DNA from: Haloquadratum walsbyi C23
Lineage (GTDB): Archaea; Halobacteriota; Halobacteria; Halobacteriales; Haloferacaceae
Assembly (NCBI RefSeq): GCF_000237865.1
Contig: NC_017459.1
Coordinates: 630,001 to 662,000 of the forward strand
DNA: 32,000 bases
Direction: 5' to 3'
Translations under genes and position numbers: made by a program
Part shown: one piece after another, positions 17,920-25,269 of the stretch
Position numbering within the stretch: the stretch's first letter is position 1
Layout of the letters: every line of letters starts with the position of its first letter
The notes under the pieces: model-generated
What the model saw: the letters and a program-made list of their open reading frames with translations, nothing else
Told to the model about the DNA's origin: nothing
Database searches by the model: none

Positions 17920-19204
17920 TAGCCACTCTTTTGACCCAATTGAGTTCCTTAAGCGAGCAGTCGCCTGCCCATCGAATGATAATGTTGAGAAAATGCGTGA
18001 ACTGCTTGTCGGGACACTTCAACGGTATGATATCGACGTGCATGTTGATTCGGCTGGGAATACGATTGCGACCCGAGGAATAAAACGCGATTCAACTACA
18101 AACGATTGTGCCAACTCGAACAACTCAGAATCGACTCGTGAGACGCATCTTGTATTTAATACACATATTGACACCGTTTCACCGCATATCCCACTTGATC
18201 AAAGCCGGTCGTCTCGGTCAGTTTCATCTAACACAGACACTCACCATAGGTCTCAAAACGCAGCGACGACCTCAGAAGATACTGTAACGGACAAAAAGTC
18301 ACGTTCGACCGAGTCGATGGTAGCTAATTCATCTACTGAAAGCGCTAATGAACCCGCTCGAATCCATGGTCGAGGCGCATGCGATGCTAAAGGTCCACTA
18401 GCAGCGATGCTCGCTGCGTTTTTACGTGTCGATGTATCTTCGAAAGCAACTATTACACTGGCTGTGACGCCGGATGAAGAGGTCCTCTCTACTGGTGCTG
18501 CTGCACTTGATCTCGACGCTGATATGTATATTGTTGGTGAACCAACCGGGCTCGATGTATGCACAGCAGCAAAAGGGAGATTTCAGGGAACTTTGACACT
18601 CACTGGCACTGCTGCACACGCTGCAGCGCCAACGAGTGGTGTGAACGCTATTGCAGCACTTGAGGATGCGCTCAAAGCAATCCGGACATACGATACAGAT
18701 CAACCCAACGCCATACATCCACAATTAGGGAAGCCAACAGTAGTTCCGACGACAGTTGATGGTGGGACAGCAACCAATCAAGTGCCAGCGACCTGCCGTG
18801 TTGTTCTTGACCGCCGAAGTGTTCCCCCCGAAACGGCTGACACATTTCAAGATAAACTCACGACCGCTGTTAATACCGCAGTTTCTGAGGATGTTGGCGT
18901 CGACTTTTCACTGACAGATCGTCCCACTCCATTCCTAGAGGCATTTGCAACCAACCCAGATCATAAACTCGTCACGACGCTCATCGATGCAACAAAACAA
19001 ACTGGAGAGTCAGCGCAACAACGATGTTTCACCGCAGCGACAGAGGCATCATATTTTTCGCCTGCACCTGTTGTTGTCTTCGGTCCTGGTGTTCTTGCTG
19101 ATGACACTGGGGCGGTCGCACACGCTGACCGCGAGTACGTCACCGTTAGTTCGGTTATCAGCGCAGCGCGTGCACTTACGGATGCAACCCAACAACTTAT
19201 TTAA
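17906..19204 (+). CDS. dapE: M20-family amidohydrolase, succinyl-diaminopimelate desuccinylase-like, with a long Ser/Thr-rich insertion
   Basis: M20 metal-ligand motifs NTHIDTV, GRGACDAKG and TPDEEV, plus the operon position. It overlaps the dapF end by 14 nt. Confidence 0.8.
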   Translation: MSLDNSHSFDPIEFLKRAVACPSNDNVEKMRELLVGTLQRYDIDVHVDSAGNTIATRGIKRDSTTNDCANSNNSESTRETHLVFNTHIDTVSPHIPLDQSRSSRSVSSNTDTHHRSQNAATTSEDTVTDKKSRSTESMVANSSTESANEPARIHGRGACDAKGPLAAMLAAFLRVDVSSKATITLAVTPDEEVLSTGAAALDLDADMYIVGEPTGLDVCTAAKGRFQGTLTLTGTAAHAAAPTSGVNAIAALEDALKAIRTYDTDQPNAIHPQLGKPTVVPTTVDGGTATNQVPATCRVVLDRRSVPPETADTFQDKLTTAVNTAVSEDVGVDFSLTDRPTPFLEAFATNPDHKLVTTLIDATKQTGESAQQRCFTAATEASYFSPAPVVVFGPGVLADDTGAVAHADREYVTVSSVISAARALTDATQQLI

Positions 19205-19317
19205 TGACAATTAATTTATGATACGATGTCTTTGATAACGGTCAGATAGTGTGTGAAGCTTGTTCAGTTATATTAAGAAACATAATTACCATGCGCATAT
19301 AATATATTTTCATATCT

Positions 19318-20169
19318 ATGTATGAGGCGGTTTATGTGTATCCTGACAGCAAAAGCACAGTCACTCGGTGTGCACATACCGCTGATCGATACGGTTATGA
19401 TGGAATTATCACCCGTGCTATCGACGCTGAGCCGGACTTCGATCAAATTCGTACAGCCATGGATAATGGGTTCAGCACCGACTCAAATACACATACGACT
19501 TCGACCCCTAACTCAGAGCCGAGATCTGAGTCGGATGAACAATCAAACATAGATACAATTACCTCTGGGTTACAATCCTCTGATACCCACTCAAAATTAT
19601 CAACGCCTGACATCGTTAATGGCGTCGAGATTGTCAGATCCGACCCGCAACACGCAAGCGGAGTTCTTGGAAACGAACGCTCCCAACGAACGATTGTGGC
19701 TATCCGGGGTGGGACGGATGTATTAAATAGATTTGCCGCTGAACAGCCGCGTGTCGACGTACTTACCAAGCCATTTATTGGATCAAATAAATCTCGCACC
19801 GGCGATATCAATCATGTTTTGATCAAAGCTGCTGTGCGGAATGAGGTTGCAATCGAATTGAATCTTGGACCTACTATTCGAGCGGAGGGTGGGCGTCGGA
19901 TTAAACATATTCAGCGACTCAACAAATTAAAGCGTCTTATTGACCATTATGACGCACCATACGTTGTCAGCGCCACTCCAAATTCACATCTTGAATTCCG
20001 CACGCCACAAGAACTTGCCGCAGTTGGTGCTGAGATTGGCCTTGGTGAGACATGGGTTTATGATGGATTCACCGCGTGGGATGAGATCATTACGCGAAAC
20101 CGACACCGACGCTCCGAGTCGTTCATAGCCCCAGGGGTTGAACATGGTCGATATGAAAAAAACGATTGA
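19318..20169 (+). CDS. rnp3: RNase P protein component 3 (Rpp30)
   Basis: The N-terminus MYEAVYVYPDSKSTVTRCAHTADRYGYDGIITR and the C-terminal TIM-barrel region (...VAIELNL...DAPYVVSA...) resemble haloarchaeal Rpp30. A roughly 60-aa Ser/Thr/Asp insert follows the first strand-helix unit. Confidence 0.8.
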   Translation: MYEAVYVYPDSKSTVTRCAHTADRYGYDGIITRAIDAEPDFDQIRTAMDNGFSTDSNTHTTSTPNSEPRSESDEQSNIDTITSGLQSSDTHSKLSTPDIVNGVEIVRSDPQHASGVLGNERSQRTIVAIRGGTDVLNRFAAEQPRVDVLTKPFIGSNKSRTGDINHVLIKAAVRNEVAIELNLGPTIRAEGGRRIKHIQRLNKLKRLIDHYDAPYVVSATPNSHLEFRTPQELAAVGAEIGLGETWVYDGFTAWDEIITRNRHRRSESFIAPGVEHGRYEKND

Positions 20170-20761
20170 TGAGCATGCGGAACGATTTTCTGAGGCGGCA
20201 TCAACGTACGATGATGAACAGGACTCAGAGCCATACCGCATGTGTGCACAACAGGTTGTCAATCACGCTGCACCGACATCATGTGACACTGTGCTTGATA
20301 TTGGGACTGGAACAGGGGCAATTGCATTTGAACTTACATCAGCAGCAGATCGTGTCATTGGTCGCGATATTAGCACAGGGATGCTTGACCAGGCACGAAT
20401 GAAGGCAGACATAGAGAATATTGAAAATATTAGCTTCGCTGAGGGTCGATTCCGTGATCCAAATGTTGACTCTGATATCACTGTTGACATTGTTACCTCA
20501 AATTTTGCGATGCACCATCTCTCAGATGATGAGAAATGTAATGCGATTACAGTTATTTCAGCGCTTGAGCCTGATCGATTCGTTCTGGGCGATGTGATGC
20601 TCTTTGGAGCAGCTAATCCCGACGAATCATTTTATGATCCATCTGTTGATGATCCAGCAACGGTTGGGATACTTGCTGATGCACTGACCGATGCTGGGTT
20701 TGTAATTAGCGAAGTCGAATTTGTGCATGAGCAGGTTGGTGTTCTTGTTGCTGAACAATGA
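20144..20761 (+). CDS. Class I SAM-dependent methyltransferase
   Basis: Motif I VLDIGTGTGAIAFEL, motif II/III region DIVTSNFAMHHL. The start is ambiguous (TTG 20138, ATG 20144, ATG 20153), and every option overlaps the rnp3 3' end. Confidence 0.8.
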   Translation: MVDMKKTIDEHAERFSEAASTYDDEQDSEPYRMCAQQVVNHAAPTSCDTVLDIGTGTGAIAFELTSAADRVIGRDISTGMLDQARMKADIENIENISFAEGRFRDPNVDSDITVDIVTSNFAMHHLSDDEKCNAITVISALEPDRFVLGDVMLFGAANPDESFYDPSVDDPATVGILADALTDAGFVISEVEFVHEQVGVLVAEQ

Positions 20762-20821
20762 CGATAACTCGGTTATTGCCCCTGTTTTAATGAGCTCAAC
20801 CGATCTGGTCTTATTATCTTT

Positions 20822-20845
20822 ATTAATATTGATATTAATATTGAC
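20822..20845 (+). promoter_or_regulatory. Tandem 12-bp AT-rich direct repeat just upstream of rnp2, a candidate TATA/BRE region for a leaderless transcript
   Basis: ATTAATATTGAT followed by ATTAATATTGAC, centred about 25 nt upstream of the ATG at 20858. Haloarchaeal TATA boxes typically sit near -27 of leaderless mRNAs. Confidence 0.3.
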
Positions 20846-20857
20846 ACTATTATTCAC

Positions 20858-21403
20858 ATGAAACATCTTCCAAAACATCTCCGCCCACGATGGCGCTATC
20901 TGGCCGTTGCGATTGAATCGTGGCCACACGCAAGTATCGATCGAGAGACATTCCAGCGTGAATTATGGTATGCAGCACAGAATCTCTATGGTGATACACA
21001 AAGTGCACACACCGACCTTGCAGTGTTTAATTTCGAGTTTTCAGATGGTCGTGGAGAGACAATTATCCGAACGCGCCGTGGTACTGAATCCCATGCACGC
21101 ACAGCAGTCGCATGCATTGATGAGATTGATAACTATGCCGTCGGAATTCGCATTTTGGGCATTTCAGGGACCGTCCGAGCCTGTGAGGAAAGGTATTTTA
21201 ATGCGCGGACCGGAAATAAACAAGAGAGCAACGTCGTGTTCGAGAACGAATCTCGACCTGCCGTCATTCGCGAGGTATGCGTTGATATTGCAACAGGCAA
21301 TATAAACACCACCGGTAACACTGATACTGATACTGATACTGGCGCTGACAGCAGTCGCAATATAAATACGTTCACGGGGGCGACGAGACTCGACTTCGAG
21401 TGA
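20858..21403 (+). CDS. rnp2: RNase P protein component 2 (Pop5/Rpp14), with a low-complexity C-terminal tail
   Basis: MKHLPKHLRPRWRYLAVAIESW...LWYAAQNLYGD...IIRTRRG...GISGTVRACEE is the typical Pop5 pattern. The tail contains a (CTGATA)x3 hexanucleotide repeat encoding TDTDTDT. Confidence 0.85.
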   Translation: MKHLPKHLRPRWRYLAVAIESWPHASIDRETFQRELWYAAQNLYGDTQSAHTDLAVFNFEFSDGRGETIIRTRRGTESHARTAVACIDEIDNYAVGIRILGISGTVRACEERYFNARTGNKQESNVVFENESRPAVIREVCVDIATGNINTTGNTDTDTDTGADSSRNINTFTGATRLDFE

Positions 21404-21407
21404 TACT

Positions 21408-22160
21408 ATGCAGGGACAAGCCCAACAGCAGGCATACGACCGTGGAATCACAATCTTCTCACCTGATGGTCGTCTCTATCAAGTCGAATACGCACGTGAA
21501 GCGGTCAAACGTGGAACAGCAAGTGTTGGTATTCGAACACCTGACGGCATTGTGCTCGCCGCTGATAAGCGTTCACGCTCGCCGCTCATGGAACCGACGA
21601 GTGTTGAGAAAATACATAAAACCGATGATCATGTCGGCATCGCGTCTGCCGGTCATGTTGCTGATGCTCGCCAACTTATTGACTTTGCCCGTCGACAGGC
21701 ACAAGTTAATCGCCTCCGGTATGGCGAGCCCGTTGGTATTGAAACACTGACAAAAAACGTCACAGATAATATTCAGCAATATACACAAGTTGGCGGAGCG
21801 CGCCCATTCGGGGTTGCACTACTCATCGGTGGTATTGAGGATGGTTCTCCCCGACTTTATGAAACAGATCCATCTGGAACTCCATATGAATGGAAGGCTG
21901 TCTCAATTGGCGCTGATCGTAGTGATCTTCAAGAACATCTTGAGGAAAATTACACTGAAGAACTGAGCCTTGACGAAGGGGTTGGACTTGCGCTTCGCAC
22001 GATTGCAATCTCAAATGACGATGAACTAACCGCCGCTGGGGTTGATGTTGCGACTGTTGCGAGTGATACTGAAGAATTCATTGAATTAACAAACGATGAA
22101 ATCTCAGCCTATATCGCCGATAATGATCTTGAACCGGCTGAAGAGACAGACAGCGAGTAA
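21408..22160 (+). CDS. psmA: Proteasome subunit alpha
   Basis: AYDRGITIFSPDGRLYQVEYAREAVKRGTASVGIRT is the canonical alpha-subunit N-terminus. 250 aa. Confidence 0.95.
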   Translation: MQGQAQQQAYDRGITIFSPDGRLYQVEYAREAVKRGTASVGIRTPDGIVLAADKRSRSPLMEPTSVEKIHKTDDHVGIASAGHVADARQLIDFARRQAQVNRLRYGEPVGIETLTKNVTDNIQQYTQVGGARPFGVALLIGGIEDGSPRLYETDPSGTPYEWKAVSIGADRSDLQEHLEENYTEELSLDEGVGLALRTIAISNDDELTAAGVDVATVASDTEEFIELTNDEISAYIADNDLEPAEETDSE

Positions 22161-22342
22161 GCACGTAGCTACCAATATTGATATTCGTATTCTTGATTCT
22201 TAATGCTTAATGATTAATATAGTGGGTTAATAATGAAATCTACCGAGATAGCAGTCAGAGTGCCCCAGCGCTTTGATCTGACCCCGAAGCAGTCCACATT
22301 TCAGTGACATCCATGGATTTACTGTAAGTATTTATTTTCTGA

Positions 22343-22450
22343 TAGTGATTAGTGTAAGTCTTTACCGCCGTGATTATTCGTGTCGGTAATAGGAGCTGCT
22401 GAACCCGCGTCATTTGACACCGCCGGTGAAACTATTCGAGGTAATCACTA
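22343..22450. mobile_element. MITE copy 2 (108 bp)
   Basis: It has the same termini, TAGTGATTA...TAATCACTA, flanked by tga (22340-22342) and tga (22451-22453). It is homologous over its full length to 9181-9287. Confidence 0.8.
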
Positions 22451-22519
22451 TGAGACAGTGATAGGATACCTCAAAATATCAATACTGATATTCCTCACTC
22501 CAGCAATATTGTCAAGTGA

Positions 22520-22870
22520 TTATTCATCATACGCCAGATTCATTAACCATTGTGAGAAGGCATCACTGTTTGCGTTGACTTCCTCCTCACCGATAAATGG
22601 TGAGAGCATATCGCCTGCCATCAGCATTGAGAACTCAAGTTCGCGAGCGGCTGGCTCAAGATGATATGTATTATGCCCATTGTAAACGGTCTCTTCGCGT
22701 TCGATAAATCCTAATGTGGCGAGTCGATCTGCGATTCGACTTCCTTTTCGTGATGAAATATCAAGCTCTTTCCAGAAATCGCTCTGGTGAATGCCGTTTG
22801 TCTCTCGAATAAGTTCAAGTCCCTTGAGTTCATCCTTTGAAAGATCTGCCTCAGCAGGCTCAACACTCAT
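22520..22870 (-). CDS. Winged-helix DNA-binding protein (MarR/ArsR-like fold), putative transcription regulator
   Basis: MSVEPAEADLSKDELKGLELIRETNGIHQSDFWKELDISSRKGSRIADRLATLGFIEREE shows an HTH plus wing pattern. I prefer the internal ATG at 22870, because the upstream part of the listed ORF is basic/hydrophobic and looks non-coding. Confidence 0.7.
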   Translation of the reverse strand: MSVEPAEADLSKDELKGLELIRETNGIHQSDFWKELDISSRKGSRIADRLATLGFIEREETVYNGHNTYHLEPAARELEFSMLMAGDMLSPFIGEEEVNANSDAFSQWLMNLAYDE

Positions 22871-22993
22871 GATTGATTTATTCACTGCAACTCTGTTAAA
22901 CCTAACGAGCGTAGATACAGTCCTAATATTGGGTAAACAGATTAAGACGAAGCAATCGAAGCTCTCAGGTTGACTGCGCACAAGGATTCAGAT

Positions 22994-23113
22994 ATGAGTG
23001 ATATCATTAGATGTCAGTCCTGTAATAGTGTAGTCGAATATGACTCGGATACTTACTGGGCAAGTTGCTCAGAATGTGGATGGCGAACACCGATTAGTGC
23101 TGGCGCGTGCTAA
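22994..23113 (+). CDS. 39-aa zinc-ribbon protein (CxxC...CxxC), absent from the supplied ORF track
   Basis: ATG at 22994. Hand translation gives MSDIIRCQSCNSVVEYDSDTYWASCSECGWRTPISAGAC, with the stop at 23111-23113. It is divergent from the winged-helix gene. Confidence 0.5.
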   Translation: MSDIIRCQSCNSVVEYDSDTYWASCSECGWRTPISAGAC

Positions 23114-23141
23114 CTATATCAGTCGTTGATACTGTCATTTC

Positions 23142-23312
23142 TTCATTCGTAATGGAATAGCACATGAAGTATCAAAACTAGATCTGGGACATGCCGAAGT
23201 GACGCCTGTGGAGACTAGAATCATCATTGAGTGGACTCAATGAGAGTCCGTTGCTGCGAGTTTTCTCAGTGAGCCAGGAAGCCTCGGGACTTGATTCTGA
23301 GGTGATTCACCC
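23142..23312 (+). mobile_element. Relic of the 3' end of an IS200/IS605-family (IS1341-type) tnpB gene plus a right-end hairpin. No TnpB body is present.
   Basis: 23142-23243 translates FIRNGIAHEVSKLDLGHAEVTPVETRIIIEWTQ*. A second frame gives ...ESPLLRVFSVSQEASGL. A hairpin CCTCGG (23282-23287) / CTGAGG (23297-23302) is followed by TGATTCAC. From memory, this resembles the haloarchaeal TnpB C-terminal tail (..NI..RG..LGxGHSExTPVET..SAxRVVExGSP..). Confidence 0.5.
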
Positions 23313-23345
23313 TACCCCTACCAGTGATCCGATGTACCTCCAGTA

Positions 23346-24200
23346 TCACGGTGTCCTATGTTTATGTCCCGTATGAAGAGTTTTTTCAACGTGTTCAAAC
23401 ATCGTCGTACATGGCGGACCATCAGCGTAGTGATATGTACCTTTTTTATCAGCACGTAGTGTGATTAATGATCCAGAGACAGTCCCAAACGACTGTGATT
23501 CATTATGTATGCAAACTCCAAACTTATGATTACTAAGCATATCCGCAGCCCGATTTCGCCACTTAGTGGCAGTGGCTGCCGTATGGGCATATTCGCTCAA
23601 CTGATTATGAATTCGCTGTGCATTGTTTGTTTGTGCTGCTACAACTCCTGAATCACGATCCGTATCCTCAGGGTTCATATATCTGTCATTTCTCCCGACA
23701 TTGACAACGACATGGACTCCCGGATCAATCTGAGTTATATCTAATGCGCCGTCCCACTCAAACGTCATCGCCATTGGGTCACGGTCGTCATTCCAGCCAA
23801 CATCAGCAATAAGAAGATTGAATCCATCATATGCATGTTCATTAATAGCATTCTTAACGGCTGCTTTCGGATTAGTTGGACCATGTTCAGTAAGTAACTC
23901 AGTGACGAGTTGTCCTCGAGACCGACGGTCATTATCGGTCATTTCATTATTATCATCAGTATACGACGGTACTGATGTCCACCGGTTGGTAAGCCCAACG
24001 AATCGACCAGCAGCATTATACCCTATCCATGTTCCTCCAGCACGACAATCCTGGGGTGCTACTATCGCTGGATGATGAGTATCATTTGTGATTGATGGAG
24101 GATCTGATGGTCGGTCATACGATTCATCACGATTCGCAGCAACAACCAGTGGTGCGTCTGTGAACATGCGCCATGCGAACGTCAGCGTACACACATTCAT
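23346..24200 (-). CDS. NRDE-family (DUF833/TANGO2-like) protein
   Basis: The N-terminus ...CTLTFAWRMFTDAPLVVAANRDE contains the family-defining NRDE motif. An alternative in-frame GTG at 24194 would give the canonical Met-Cys N-terminus. Confidence 0.85.
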   Translation of the reverse strand: MNVCTLTFAWRMFTDAPLVVAANRDESYDRPSDPPSITNDTHHPAIVAPQDCRAGGTWIGYNAAGRFVGLTNRWTSVPSYTDDNNEMTDNDRRSRGQLVTELLTEHGPTNPKAAVKNAINEHAYDGFNLLIADVGWNDDRDPMAMTFEWDGALDITQIDPGVHVVVNVGRNDRYMNPEDTDRDSGVVAAQTNNAQRIHNQLSEYAHTAATATKWRNRAADMLSNHKFGVCIHNESQSFGTVSGSLITLRADKKGTYHYADGPPCTTMFEHVEKTLHTGHKHRTP

Positions 24201-24837
24201 TGATATGATAGCTTCGGTAATAATGGTCGCGCTATCTTATAATCGATATGAGTTTGATAGACATCTCGACAATATTATTTACGTCAGCGAGTCCAATCAT
24301 GATATCCTCTCAGCGGTAAACGGCGGAGCTTCCCACACGCGGAAACCTGTTAGGTCGGAAAATTTATGATTTGAGATGGAATGCTGGTCATGCTACGCTA
24401 CCGTTACTAGTATTCATCGTCGAGACACATGGCGATTCAGTGTTATTGTGTGCTTTCTGCATCCTGTTCGCCTGATTCATAGGTGGCTTCCACGATCAAA
24501 AGATAATCCCAATACTATCTCGGTAGAAAAGGCAGGGAGACCGCTTCAGCTAGCACTTTTGAGCTACAGATTGACGAAGATATCAAATACGATTCTATTA
24601 AATCCAGCTGACGTCTCAGTTCGTGAGTAATTCTATTGTATAATAATGTCTGATTTTGGAGTGTCAAACCCATTTTTACCGATCGAGGGGTGTAAAATAG
24701 AGATAACACAGTCATCGGTTTTTATCTGGAGGAAATCCACACAGTTAAGATATATACGACACATATAGAGAAATATTGTTCATATAACCACCTAGAGGAC
24801 AACACTTAAATCTCGTCCAGACGAGTTAACAGGTGAC

Positions 24838-25143
24838 ATGATAGATAGACTTGAAAAAGAAGTAGATATGCTGGAACGTCACTTGCAGGTTCTTAGGATG
24901 GTTATCGACAGCGAGCCCATCGGCATCGTTAAGATGTCGAACGAAACCGGCTATCCACATCATAAGGTTCGATATTCTCTGCGTGTTCTTGAAGAAGAAA
25001 GTCTCATAGAACCGTCTAGTCAAGGTGCAATTACGACTGAGCAGACTCATGAGTTTGTTGATGAACTCGATGAAAAACTTAATCATATTGTCGGAAAGCT
25101 CGATGAGATGAAAATTGAGGAGACGGTCGAGGTCGAAGGATAA
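24838..25143 (+). CDS. Small HTH/winged-helix transcription regulator with a coiled-coil C-terminus
   Basis: MLERHLQVLRMVIDSEPIGIVKMSNETGYPHHKVRYSLRVLEEESLIEPSSQGA is an HTH pattern conserved in archaeal regulators. 101 aa, acidic. Confidence 0.7.
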   Translation: MIDRLEKEVDMLERHLQVLRMVIDSEPIGIVKMSNETGYPHHKVRYSLRVLEEESLIEPSSQGAITTEQTHEFVDELDEKLNHIVGKLDEMKIEETVEVEG

Positions 25144-25269
25144 CGTTCTCTTGAAACTGCGTGATAACTCTGCTCTGGTAGCCTAAGGCGACGTATTTAT
25201 ATCGATATACTAAATTTTATGAATAGACTATCTCTGGTTATTTGACGTTTTCATACTTTTATCATTAAT

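Noticed and set aside
24088-24715. ORFs 24088..24369, 24376..24630 and 24515..24715 in the spacer between the NRDE gene and the HTH regulator.
   Set aside because: They have non-acidic composition and no recognisable domains. The first overlaps the NRDE 5' end on the antisense strand. I treat them as non-coding unless expression data say otherwise.
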